Positions 55,051 to 64,000 of a stretch of DNA of 64,000 nt are shown piece by piece. Location of the stretch: assembly GCA_046757525.1 (NCBI GenBank), contig JBHHYI010000001.1, forward strand, positions 106,723-170,722, in the 5' to 3' direction. Made by a program: the position numbers and the translations under genes. This stretch comes from a bacterium. Its GTDB lineage: Bacteria > Zhuqueibacterota > Zhuqueibacteria > Oceanimicrobiales > Oceanimicrobiaceae. Each line of letters starts with the position of its first letter. Positions within the stretch are counted from its first letter, which is position 1. The notes beneath the pieces were generated by a model. It saw nothing but the letters and a program-made list of their open reading frames with translations. It had not been told where the DNA came from and did not search any database.

Positions 55051-57981
55051 ATGGCTAAAACACGCTACTTTTTAATTGCGGTGATTGTTGCGTTTTCGCT
55101 GTTTTTCTTGCACCAGGAAACACGTGCGCAGTCCACTTATGTTGGCACGGAGACGTGCAACAATTGCCACGGCAAAGAAGCCAATTTTGCGGGCAATCAA
55201 TGGGCTACCTGGGTCAAGACCCGGCATAACATGAAATGGCGGGATCCTGACGAAGGGTTAGGCGTGGTTGCCCATGATTACTTCGTCAACAACCTGGATC
55301 TGTCTACGGATCCGGACTTCGCTGCTTTCGGGGCGAACGCGCCCAAGCTCAGCTTCGACCCCTCTGATCCGGCGGATTCCACCGACGGTAAGAGCGGCTA
55401 CCGCGTCACGGTTGGTGCCACAACCTACGAGGTGAACTGGACGCTGGGTGGTACCGGTGTCTGGAAACAGCGTTACATGACGGAGATTGGCAACAGCATC
55501 TACATTCTGCCCATTCAGTACAATGAAACAACCGACGACTGGGTGCCTTATCATCCCCCCACCTGGTATGACAGCAACAACCAGCCGTTGGCAGAGGTTC
55601 CCAAGGCGGACTCTTACCAACGCCGCTGTATCGGCTGCCACTCGGTCAATCCTGTGGTGAGCTTCAACGATAGCACTGGAGAGTGGACCGCCACGGTGAC
55701 CGAGCGCAATATTGGCTGCGAAGACTGCCACGGTCCCGGAAGTGAACACGCTCAAACCACGGACAAGACCAAGATCATAAATCCCGAAACCGATCTCACC
55801 AACAAAGACAGACGCCTGGAAGTCTGCGGCGCCTGCCACGGCCGCGGTTCCAGCACCGCCACTCTGGGCGGCAAAAACTTTGGCTTCCCTTACAACGATG
55901 CCAATGGCCACTATCGACCTGGCGAGGTATTGGCCGATTATTACAACCAAACGACGTCGTCTTCTAACTTTTGGCCCAATGAACAGCCTTACGGCCGGAA
56001 TTCCAAATCGCACCACCAACAATATCTCGACTTCTTGACCAGCGCCCATTACAGCAATCCGTTCGAGGAGATCAACTGCTGGACCTGTCACGATCCACAT
56101 GGGGGCACGGGCCAGGAGTTTCTAATCCGGGACAAGCTGGTGGAAGACGGCGTGGAGATCGCTACGACCAACGATGACAACACCCTTTGCCTGGCTTGTC
56201 ACGCGGAATTCGAGCCCTTCGATCTGATTAGCAAAGAAATGGTAGCAGACCCCACGGGAGCCAATTTGGAAACCATCAAAGCCGTGGTAGAAACTCACAC
56301 GAAGCATCCTTATGATCCTACGGGCACTGGGGCCAGTAGGTGCACCAAGTGCCACGATCCAAAGGTCGCCAAGTCGGCGATCGAATACGACATCCATTCC
56401 CACTCCTTTTGGGTGATGTCCCCGGAACAAACGCTTACCTATCAGCCTGAAGGCGGGGTGCCAAATTCCTGTGCGGTGAGCTGCCACAGAAAGGCCGAGT
56501 TCCCGAATTTTGGCATGGACCTGTCTGGCGACGTTCTCAAGACCTGGACAGAATCTACCGATATCGCCCTGGCCGATACTCTGCAACGCTTTTTGGGTGC
56601 TGGAGGCTATTGGTGGGATACGGATCCGTCTGGCAACATGGGTGATCCCCTGTTGGTCAAGCGGGTCGATACCATGCCAACCATCGATGGTGACGATTCC
56701 GATGCGGCCTGGGCCGGCGCACAAGAAACGACCCTGGCCAACGGTGCTACCATCAAGGCTGTGAACAATTCGGACATGGTGGCCTTTTTGGTCAAGTGGA
56801 GCGATCCTACCATGAGCATGACGCGCGGCGGCTCCTGGCAGTGGGTGAGCGGCGCCTGGGTTAAAACCAATGCCACGGAAGAAGGCGGTGCTAATGAAGA
56901 TCGCTTCAACATCTTGTGGAACATCAACATAAGTGAATTTGGCCAGAGAGGCTGTGCCACCAAATGTCATGGTCAGGAAGGCAATGCCACAGGGGCTTAC
57001 CTGGATAAAGTGGGCGAATATGCCGACATGTGGCACATGAAGGCCTCACGGGCTCTGCCCGCGATCAGCTCTTCACAATCCGACAATTTGACTTTCAGCA
57101 CTTCTGACGCGACCGACCAGCATCAGGTGACCAGCGGAACCATCATTCTCAACGGTTACGCCGACGACAAACTCACGGCAGCCCGACTGGATCCGGCTTA
57201 CCCATTCGATCCGGAGGACGGCGGACGTCATGGTGACAGCGGCACGGCCATGTTTCGCCACAACCGCAACTCCGACAAAACCGCTCCCATGTACATTGAA
57301 ACCGCACCAACCAACTACATCGACGGCATGGTGCTCTACCAGTCGGAAATTGACAACGGTGAAGCGGTGGAAGTTGCCAGTTTATCTACCCAGCAGATCG
57401 ACCAGGCCTGGGCGGCGTACGCTGCGGTCAACGCAGTGGTGCCTGAGCGGATCATGCAACAGCCGGCTGGCAGCCGCGGCGATGTGCGGGAAGCGGCAAA
57501 ATGGGAAAACGGCCAGTGGACCGCAGAATATGAACGCGCCCTGGTGACTAACAACGTCGACGACGTCCAATTCGACGACTTGACCAAGGGCTACCTCTTT
57601 GGAACGTCTATCATGGACAACTCGGGTGGCGATAAGCACAACATCTCTGCGCGCTTAAATGAATTGCGCTTCGACGAGTTTGTTGGCATCGAAACGCCCG
57701 GCGCCGACAATCTGCCATCCCAGTATGCGTTGTTGCAAAACTATCCCAATCCATTCAATCCCACGACCAAAATACGCTTTACCCTCAGGAAAAGTGGATT
57801 GGTGAAGCTTAGAGTTTTCAACATGTTAGGTCAGCAGGTCAAAACGCTGGTCTATCAGCAACTTCCGGCCGGTCAGTATGAGGTTCCATTTGATGCGTCG
57901 CAATTCTCTTCCGGTTTGTATTTGTACAGACTTGAAGTGAACGGTTTCACGCAGGTGAAAAAAATGGTGTTGGCCAAGTAA
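55051..57981 (+). CDS. Secreted multiheme cytochrome c (7 CXXCH + 2 CX3CH) with a type IX secretion system C-terminal sorting domain
   Basis: Signal peptide MAKTRYFLIAVIVAFSLFFLHQETRAQS. Heme motifs CNNCH, CIGCH, CEDCH, CGACH, CWTCH, CLACH, CTKCH, CAVSCH and CATKCH. C-terminal …NYPNPFNPTTKIRFTL…YLYRLEVNGFTQVKKMVLAK, the Por_Secre_tail signature. Confidence 0.85.
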   Translation: MAKTRYFLIAVIVAFSLFFLHQETRAQSTYVGTETCNNCHGKEANFAGNQWATWVKTRHNMKWRDPDEGLGVVAHDYFVNNLDLSTDPDFAAFGANAPKLSFDPSDPADSTDGKSGYRVTVGATTYEVNWTLGGTGVWKQRYMTEIGNSIYILPIQYNETTDDWVPYHPPTWYDSNNQPLAEVPKADSYQRRCIGCHSVNPVVSFNDSTGEWTATVTERNIGCEDCHGPGSEHAQTTDKTKIINPETDLTNKDRRLEVCGACHGRGSSTATLGGKNFGFPYNDANGHYRPGEVLADYYNQTTSSSNFWPNEQPYGRNSKSHHQQYLDFLTSAHYSNPFEEINCWTCHDPHGGTGQEFLIRDKLVEDGVEIATTNDDNTLCLACHAEFEPFDLISKEMVADPTGANLETIKAVVETHTKHPYDPTGTGASRCTKCHDPKVAKSAIEYDIHSHSFWVMSPEQTLTYQPEGGVPNSCAVSCHRKAEFPNFGMDLSGDVLKTWTESTDIALADTLQRFLGAGGYWWDTDPSGNMGDPLLVKRVDTMPTIDGDDSDAAWAGAQETTLANGATIKAVNNSDMVAFLVKWSDPTMSMTRGGSWQWVSGAWVKTNATEEGGANEDRFNILWNINISEFGQRGCATKCHGQEGNATGAYLDKVGEYADMWHMKASRALPAISSSQSDNLTFSTSDATDQHQVTSGTIILNGYADDKLTAARLDPAYPFDPEDGGRHGDSGTAMFRHNRNSDKTAPMYIETAPTNYIDGMVLYQSEIDNGEAVEVASLSTQQIDQAWAAYAAVNAVVPERIMQQPAGSRGDVREAAKWENGQWTAEYERALVTNNVDDVQFDDLTKGYLFGTSIMDNSGGDKHNISARLNELRFDEFVGIETPGADNLPSQYALLQNYPNPFNPTTKIRFTLRKSGLVKLRVFNMLGQQVKTLVYQQLPAGQYEVPFDASQFSSGLYLYRLEVNGFTQVKKMVLAK

Positions 57982-58028
57982 ATTCATGCTCTCTCTCCTA
58001 TAATCACAATCATTCTCTGTTTGGAGAC

Positions 58029-58063
58029 AAGGGTCGGCCGCTCAGGTCGACCCTTATTTTAAT
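58029..58063 (+). terminator. Rho-independent terminator after the cytochrome gene
   Basis: AAGGGTCG-(loop)-CGACCCTT followed by ATTTTAATT. Confidence 0.7.
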
Positions 58064-58246
58064 TCCTTAAACCGAAATAAAGACCATGGCGGCGGAACTG
58101 CGGGAGAAGCATGAAAAAGGAAGCCAATGAACCCGGAAGTAGCTCTTTGAAAACGCAGGGATTTCTCACGCAATCAGGGGCAAGGAGGCCCCAAAAATCT
58201 ACTAATGTGAAGTTAAAAACGAAACAGATTCTCTGGAGTAGCATCT

Positions 58247-58606
58247 GTGGAAGCAAGGGTCTTACTCGTTTGTAATGATGAAAATTGCCGAAAAGGGTTG
58301 ATGCATTTGTTCAAGGGGAGCGGGTTGTCCATTCACGGTGTCTTAGGGGATGCCGATCTGCTTCTCGAAATCTTGGACCGCGAATATGATTTGGTGATCT
58401 ACGACTTGGAATCATCCAACAAGGATGGGCTCAAATTAATCAAAATAATGCGAAGAATTAGGCCCAAGGTTCCGCTGCTGGTCATTTCCAGCGATCCTTC
58501 AAAGAAGCTGGGCGGTAAGGTTTTGCAAGAGGGTGTGACTTATTATTCCGTAAAGCCGATTGAACCTGCTGGTTTTAAGGAGGCCGTGTTGACTATCCTC
58601 AAGTGA
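58247..58606 (+). CDS. Atypical CheY-like receiver domain protein (acidic pocket NDE instead of DD), first gene of the respiratory operon
   Basis: …VLLVCNDEN…DLVIYDLESSNKDGL…LLVISSD…VKP. Overlaps the next gene by 4 nt. Confidence 0.55.
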   Translation: MEARVLLVCNDENCRKGLMHLFKGSGLSIHGVLGDADLLLEILDREYDLVIYDLESSNKDGLKLIKIMRRIRPKVPLLVISSDPSKKLGGKVLQEGVTYYSVKPIEPAGFKEAVLTILK

Positions 58607-58653
58607 CCAACCTGACAAGGACTCGTTGCCTGTGGATTACAATTTGGACTAAA

Positions 58654-59154
58654 ATGAACAATTCAATTTCGAATATTCTTTGTTCCCTAATTGCAGTATT
58701 AATCGCAGGCTTGCTAAGCAGTTCTGAGAAGGAGCCGGTGCAGCCGATCGCCTACAACCACAACAAGCACGTCGAGGAGGCTGGTATGGAGTGCCTGGAC
58801 TGCCACAAATATGCTGAAGAGAACGCGCGTGCGTCGATTCCAAACATCGAAGTGTGCCAGGATTGTCACGATGAGGCGTTATCTGACAGCGAAGCGGAAA
58901 AAACTTTAGTCGCCTACATCAAGAATAAGAAAAGGATACCCTGGCAACAAAACTACTTCGTCCCCGATTATGCTTACTTTTCTCACCGACGACATGTGAA
59001 GCTGGGGAAACTGGATTGCGCCGTTTGCCATGGCGATGTTGCAAAACTTACCAGGCCGATAAGCCAACCATTTGTCAAAATGAAAATGGACTGGTGCAGG
59101 GACTGTCACGAACAAAGAAAGGTATCCAATGATTGTTACGCTTGCCACAGATAG
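58654..59154 (+). CDS. Membrane-anchored pentaheme cytochrome c (ActA/QrcA-like)
   Basis: Trimmed to ATG 58654, whose N-terminus is a signal-anchor. Five CXXCH motifs (CLDCH, CQDCH, CAVCH, CRDCH, CYACH). Confidence 0.75.
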   Translation: MNNSISNILCSLIAVLIAGLLSSSEKEPVQPIAYNHNKHVEEAGMECLDCHKYAEENARASIPNIEVCQDCHDEALSDSEAEKTLVAYIKNKKRIPWQQNYFVPDYAYFSHRRHVKLGKLDCAVCHGDVAKLTRPISQPFVKMKMDWCRDCHEQRKVSNDCYACHR

Positions 59155-59173
59155 GACTTACTAAAGATTGGTT

Positions 59174-61657
59174 ATGCTGATTTCTCGCAGAGCGTTTTTG
59201 AAGTATTTGGGCATTGCGTCTGCCGGAATCCCGCTCAGCGGTTTGGGGTGTGATTCAAGGTGGTCTGTGCCTGACGAACTTCTCGGAAAAGTGGCTGGAG
59301 CTCCTCGTCTTGAAAGCTGGAAAACGAGCGTTTGCAGCCTGTGTCCCGCAGGCTGTGGCATCAAAGTGCGGTTAATCGACAGCATTCCCGTGCGGATTCA
59401 TGGCAATCCTATTCATCCGGTTAATCGAGGTGGCATCTGTCCCGTCGCTGAAGCAGGAGTCGAGGCCTTGTTTAATCCGGATAGAATCAAACAACCTTTA
59501 AAGCGAGTTGGCGAGCGTGGAGAAGATAAATGGCAAAGCATCTCCTGGAAAGAGGCGATACAAACAGTCGTCTCCCGTCTGCAAGCCTTAAGAGAGAAGA
59601 AAGAAGCGCAGAAATTGACTTTTTGGTCCGGGCATGAAAACAATCTGCTCGCTGGCTTGATCGAAAGATTTGTGCAAAACTTTGGTTCGCCCAATCTGTT
59701 TGTTTTTGGAGAAACCAATCTCTCATCTTGGGCGACTTACTTAACCCAGGGGCATAGGAATCCATTGGGATACGATTTTGAGAATATTAAGCTCCTGATC
59801 AACTTTGGGGCGGATTTGTTGGACGTTGGCCCAACTCCTGTTCGGTTTAATCAACTTTACTCAGAATTAAGAAATCGCGGCAATGGATCCAGAGCGAAGA
59901 TCATTCATATCGACTCTCGTCTTTCCCGTACCGCCGGCAATTCTGACGAATGGATACCGATTCAACCGGGGACAATGGCAGGTTTGGCGCTGGGAATGGC
60001 CAACGTCTTGATTAAAGATGGCCAGTACGACAAGGATTTTGTGAAAGCATACAGTTTTGGGTTTGAGGACTGGAAGGATAGCGAGGGTGCTTCCCATCAG
60101 GGGTTCAAATCTTTGGTTGAACAGGAATACTATCCAGAAAAAGTGGCCGATATCACCGGCGTTTCGGCCTCAAAAATAGTCACGTTAGCACGAGAGTTCG
60201 GTGCTGAGGAGTCGGCTTTAGTTGTGGCGGGCGGACAGGCCGCAAATAGCACCAATGCTCTTTACACGCTTTGGGCGATTGAATGTTTGAATGCCCTGAA
60301 GGGCAATTTCAAGGAAGAGGGGCCGGTATCCTTTGTAAAGTTACCTCCCTTTGCTGCACTTCCGGACGAGGAAAAAGATGAAATCGCTTCAAAAGGGTTG
60401 AGCCATCCAAAGCTGACCCAATCGATTGAAGATTTCTGTTTTCCGGAAGATGCCGTTTCCCGTCTGCCCAGTATGATCCTGGCTAAGCAGCCAATTCCTA
60501 TCGAGGTGCTCTTTCTCGCAAATGTGAATCCAGTGTTTGATTCGATCAATCAGGACGATTTCATTGCCGTTCTAAAAGAAATTCCTTTCATTGTGAGTTT
60601 TTCTCCATTTGTCGATGAAACGACCGCCTATGCTGATCTGATTTTGCCCGACCATAGCTTCTTAGAAAAGTATGAAGTTTATTACAACACTCCAACAGTG
60701 GAATTTTCACATTTTGGCATGCAGCAGCCCATCATTGAGCCGCTGTTCAACACCCACAACGTCGGAGATGTGATTTTGGAAATTGCTCACAATCTTGGCG
60801 GCGTGCAGGCTTCTTCCTTTCCCTGGGCGAATTATCACGAATATATCCAATCTCGGTTAGAAGGTATTTACAAGACTGGGGCTGGAACCATATTTACGGA
60901 GCGCATGGATGAAGCCTGGTTGAAATTCTTGAAAGAGCGGGGCTGGCAGATATTCGAATACACGAGTTTCAGTGAGTTCTGGGACGTTCTGTTAGATAAA
61001 GGGGGGTGGTTGGATCCATTTCCAACGAACACCCACTTTAGTAGAAGTTTCAAAACCCCATCCGGAAAATATGAATTTTATTCACAAGTATTGGAACATG
61101 AAATCAAGGCACAAATACAGGCTAATAAGGCACAGAATGACGCCTTGAATCACAGGTTGGAAAACTGGGGAGTAGATGCCCGGGGCGATGTCGTGTTTCT
61201 TCCGCATTTTGAAACGCCAAAGTTGGAGGATGGCGGTGATAAATTCTCCTTGCATCTGCTTACCTACAATTTGATTACGAACTCAAATGGCATGGCAAGC
61301 AATCTGCCACTAATGCAGGAGTTGTTTGGGCTGCTCACTCGAGAATACTGGCAGTCGTGGCTGGAGGTCAATCCCGAAACCGCCCATAAGTATGGCATAA
61401 GCGATGGGGATACGGTTAAGGTGACGTCCTCCCGAGGGAGTTTACACGTCAAGGTAAAGATACTGCCGGGGATCATGCCCGACGTTGTGCACCTTCCTTT
61501 TGGACTTGGACATAAAGCCTATGGGCGATATGCCAGGGGAATTGGCGTCAATCCGTTTGAGATTCTCGTGGAGGAATATGATGGCTTGAGCGGCAGCCCT
61601 TCTTTGATTTCGACCAAGGTCACGATAGCTAAAGTGAAGGGAAAGGGGAGAGCGTAA
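59174..61657 (+). CDS. Tat-exported molybdopterin-oxidoreductase-family (CISM) large subunit (ActB1/QrcB/PsrA-like)
   Basis: Twin-arginine motif SRRAFLKYLG. FS0 [4Fe-4S] motif CSLCPAGCG…C. About 828 aa, MopB-like. Confidence 0.75.
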   Translation: MLISRRAFLKYLGIASAGIPLSGLGCDSRWSVPDELLGKVAGAPRLESWKTSVCSLCPAGCGIKVRLIDSIPVRIHGNPIHPVNRGGICPVAEAGVEALFNPDRIKQPLKRVGERGEDKWQSISWKEAIQTVVSRLQALREKKEAQKLTFWSGHENNLLAGLIERFVQNFGSPNLFVFGETNLSSWATYLTQGHRNPLGYDFENIKLLINFGADLLDVGPTPVRFNQLYSELRNRGNGSRAKIIHIDSRLSRTAGNSDEWIPIQPGTMAGLALGMANVLIKDGQYDKDFVKAYSFGFEDWKDSEGASHQGFKSLVEQEYYPEKVADITGVSASKIVTLAREFGAEESALVVAGGQAANSTNALYTLWAIECLNALKGNFKEEGPVSFVKLPPFAALPDEEKDEIASKGLSHPKLTQSIEDFCFPEDAVSRLPSMILAKQPIPIEVLFLANVNPVFDSINQDDFIAVLKEIPFIVSFSPFVDETTAYADLILPDHSFLEKYEVYYNTPTVEFSHFGMQQPIIEPLFNTHNVGDVILEIAHNLGGVQASSFPWANYHEYIQSRLEGIYKTGAGTIFTERMDEAWLKFLKERGWQIFEYTSFSEFWDVLLDKGGWLDPFPTNTHFSRSFKTPSGKYEFYSQVLEHEIKAQIQANKAQNDALNHRLENWGVDARGDVVFLPHFETPKLEDGGDKFSLHLLTYNLITNSNGMASNLPLMQELFGLLTREYWQSWLEVNPETAHKYGISDGDTVKVTSSRGSLHVKVKILPGIMPDVVHLPFGLGHKAYGRYARGIGVNPFEILVEEYDGLSGSPSLISTKVTIAKVKGKGRA

Positions 61658-61658
61658 T

Positions 61659-62342
61659 ATGCCGAGATGGGGCATGGTCATCGATTTGAATAAGTGCACA
61701 GGTTGTGGTGAATGTGTTGCTGCATGCAAAGTAGAAAACAATGTGGCCATCGTAGGACCAGGGGAGTCCGCAAAAGAGCGAACCATGCTCTGGATGGACA
61801 TCCTTACCCTGTATGAAGGGGAATTTCCACACGTAAAAGTGCGTCATATCCCGCGACCCTGTTTTCATTGCGATAATCCGCCTTGCACCAAAGTGTGCCC
61901 TGTGCGAGCAACTTATCTCAACGAAGAGGGCATTGTGACTCAGATATTTCCCCAGTGTATTGGATGTCGATATTGTATGGCAGCCTGTCCTTATACTGTC
62001 AAGTCATTTAACTGGTACAAACCGGAATGGCCCGCAGAAATGGCTGCGGCCTGTAATCCTGATGTTTCTGTTCGCCCTGTGGGAGTCGTGGAAAAGTGTA
62101 CCTTTTGCATCCATCGGCTCCAGAAGGCCAAAGAACAGGCGGCGGCTGAGGAGCGAGAACTGGAGGAGAGAGATTACGTTCCGGCTTGCGTCGAAAGCTG
62201 CCCAACTAAAGCCATGTACTTTGGGGATTTAGATAGTCATAAAAGTGAGGTAACCAGGTTGATAAGAAGCCCTCGCGCTTTTCGGATGTTGGAAGATTTG
62301 GGCACAGAGCCTAAGGTCTATTATTTGTCTGAGGTGGAATAA
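61659..62342 (+). CDS. 4Fe-4S ferredoxin-type subunit (ActB2/QrcC/PsrB-like)
   Basis: Four Cys clusters (CTGCGECVAAC…, CFHCDNPPCTKVCP, CIGCRYCMAACP, CTFCIHR…C…CP). Confidence 0.85.
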   Translation: MPRWGMVIDLNKCTGCGECVAACKVENNVAIVGPGESAKERTMLWMDILTLYEGEFPHVKVRHIPRPCFHCDNPPCTKVCPVRATYLNEEGIVTQIFPQCIGCRYCMAACPYTVKSFNWYKPEWPAEMAAACNPDVSVRPVGVVEKCTFCIHRLQKAKEQAAAEERELEERDYVPACVESCPTKAMYFGDLDSHKSEVTRLIRSPRAFRMLEDLGTEPKVYYLSEVE

Positions 62343-63704
62343 ATGGCCGAACATCAACAAAGCACATTCGAAGATGAAGACCTGGTGCGTCCCATCGCAC
62401 AGACTGGGGCGGGTTTTTATGCCATGGTTGTCATATTAGTAGGAGTGATTGCTTTTGCTGGCTATGCTTACATCAGGCAAGTGTTTTTTGGCTTGGGTGT
62501 CACAGGTTTGGCGCAACCGGTATCGTGGGGATTCTATATCATCAACTTCGTTTTTTTTATTGGCATAAGTCATGCGGGGACCCTTATCTCGGCAATTCTC
62601 AGACTCTCGAAGGCAGAGTGGCGGCGTCCTATCACCCGCATGGCGGAAGTGATCACTGCGATTGTGTTGGCCATCGGTGGACTTCATCCAATTCTTGATT
62701 TAGGCCGCCCGGATCGTATGTTGCATCTTGTCAGCAGCGGACGTTTGCAGTCTCCATTACTTTGGGATGTTACCAGTATTACCGCCTATTTTGCTGCCAG
62801 TACCGTGTATCTGTACATTCCCATGATTCCGGATATCGCAATTTTGCGTGACCGTGGCATGAAACCACGCTGGCTTTACGAGTTCTTGGCCTGGGGCTGG
62901 CAGGGCACCGAACATCAGAAGAGGGTACTCGAAAGGGCAATCAACATCCTCATGATCATGGTCATTCCAATTGCTGTTTCTGTTCACACCGTCATTTCGT
63001 TCATATTTTCCATGACCCTTCAGCCCGGATGGCATAGCACGATTTTTGGCCCTTATTTTGTGGTAGGCGCTATTTTTTCTGGCATTGCCGCGCTGCTGAT
63101 TGTCATGATTGTTTTTCGAAAAGCATTTCATCTGGAAAAATATCTCAAAGAAATCCACTTTAATTATCTATCTATATTACTTCTAATCATGTCGGTGTTG
63201 TGGTTCTATTTCACCTTTTCTGAATATCTCACCGGGTATTATGGACACGAACCGAATGAAATGAGAGTTTTCTTTTACAAATTCATTGGCGACTTCTCCC
63301 CATTCTTTTGGTTAATGATTATGTGTAATTTTATCATTCCGATGGCCATACTGGTAAACCCAAAAACCAGAAAGGTTTCGGGCATCCTTATCGCTTCCAT
63401 TTCTGTGGTTATCGGAATGTGGTTGGAAAGACTCATAATTGTCGTCCCATCTTTGGCGAATCCAAGGTTGCCTTACCCCACGGGTATTTATGTTCCGACG
63501 TTGACGGAGTGGAGTCTTTTTGCCGGTGGTGTGGCTGCATTTATCTTAGGATATTTGATTTTTGCAAAATTATTTCCTTTGATTTCAATCTGGGAAATTC
63601 AAGAAGGGAGACGACACAGTGTTGAGGAGGTAGCCAGGCGGCTGAAATCCTATCTGCCTGAGCAGTCCCATGGCGAAATACTAAGTCCAGGCGCCGGAGC
63701 ATAA
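62343..63704 (+). CDS. NrfD/PsrC-family polytopic quinone-interacting membrane subunit (ActC/QrcD-like)
   Basis: 453 aa, about 10 predicted TM helices. Start is adjacent to the FeS gene stop. Confidence 0.8.
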   Translation: MAEHQQSTFEDEDLVRPIAQTGAGFYAMVVILVGVIAFAGYAYIRQVFFGLGVTGLAQPVSWGFYIINFVFFIGISHAGTLISAILRLSKAEWRRPITRMAEVITAIVLAIGGLHPILDLGRPDRMLHLVSSGRLQSPLLWDVTSITAYFAASTVYLYIPMIPDIAILRDRGMKPRWLYEFLAWGWQGTEHQKRVLERAINILMIMVIPIAVSVHTVISFIFSMTLQPGWHSTIFGPYFVVGAIFSGIAALLIVMIVFRKAFHLEKYLKEIHFNYLSILLLIMSVLWFYFTFSEYLTGYYGHEPNEMRVFFYKFIGDFSPFFWLMIMCNFIIPMAILVNPKTRKVSGILIASISVVIGMWLERLIIVVPSLANPRLPYPTGIYVPTLTEWSLFAGGVAAFILGYLIFAKLFPLISIWEIQEGRRHSVEEVARRLKSYLPEQSHGEILSPGAGA

Positions 63705-63706
63705 GA

Positions 63707-63949
63707 ATGAAAAACAAAAAGCGAATTTTTTGGTTGCAGATTGCCTCAGTTTCCTTGATCTGGATTTTTGTCCTGAGCGTGGCAATTTGGATTTTGAAGT
63801 TGATTAAAGTTTCCCATGAACTAAACGATGCACTTAACGCGTCGGTTGCGATCAGCATCGTGGCGATTCCAGTGTTTTTCACTTTGGCTTCGGTGCTAAC
63901 CTATGTTTTTGTCGGTCTGCAAAAAGGCCGGGGTGGTGAAAGCAATTGA
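63707..63949 (+). CDS. Small (80 aa) two-TM membrane protein, possible accessory subunit
   Basis: Starts 2 nt after the NrfD-like gene. Two hydrophobic helices. Confidence 0.35.
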   Translation: MKNKKRIFWLQIASVSLIWIFVLSVAIWILKLIKVSHELNDALNASVAISIVAIPVFFTLASVLTYVFVGLQKGRGGESN

Positions 63950-64000
63950 GCCTGGGAAAGGGCGTCAGGTCATCTTCTTACTTAGGAGTCGACAAAATGG

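Noticed and set aside
55258-57036. Two long minus-strand ORFs (280 and 304 aa) within the cytochrome gene
   Set aside because: Typical antisense ORFs of a GC-rich gene. The plus strand carries the signal peptide, nine heme-binding motifs and the T9SS C-terminal domain.

Overview
This 64 kb window has four parts. (1) Positions 1-13.2 kb hold a conserved translation and RNA-maturation block (rimP-nusA-infB-DUF503-rbfA-truB-ribF-rpsO-pnp), followed by an M16 peptidase, alanine dehydrogenase, a polysaccharide deacetylase, a MerR-like regulator and tRNA-Pro(GGG) with an intrinsic terminator. (2) Positions 13.2-14.8 kb are a short AT-richer stretch next to the tRNA that carries an orphan AbiEi-like (type IV TA antitoxin-type) gene. 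(3) Positions 14.8-54.7 kb carry a two-component/sigma-54 regulatory module (CheY-like receiver, cytoplasmic histidine kinase, NtrC-family activator) and a very large flagellar cluster (flgBC, fliEFGHIJ, ylxF/motE-like, fliK, flgD, flgE, motAB, fliL, fliN, fliOPQR, flhB, flhA, flhF, fliA, flgFGAHIJ, flgN, flgK, flgL). Two of its promoters are near-identical sigma-54 sites. It ends with one TPR protein and two paralogous TPR-glycosyltransferase family 2 genes. (4) Positions 55-64 kb encode a secreted ~976-aa multiheme cytochrome c with 7 CXXCH and 2 CX3CH motifs whose C-terminus is a typical type IX secretion (Por/T9SS) sorting domain. It is followed by an operon for a receiver-like protein, a membrane-anchored pentaheme cytochrome, a Tat-exported molybdopterin-family subunit, a 4Fe-4S subunit and an NrfD-type membrane subunit, i.e. 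an alternative complex III / Qrc-like quinone-interacting module. Together these suggest a candidate extracellular electron transfer system in a flagellated FCB-group bacterium. The flagellar cluster follows the Firmicutes-type fla operon order but has several oddities. No fliM, flhG or che genes lie in the expected positions. An HD-GYP gene sits between fliR and flhB. An AMIN-domain membrane protein and a small basic protein lie between fliA and flgF. FliK is 802 aa and carries three Flg_hook-like repeats. FlgJ is fused to an SLT lytic transglycosylase domain. No CRISPR arrays, transposases or rRNA genes were seen. All calls come from reading the sequence and the supplied ORF translations, and no database searches were run.
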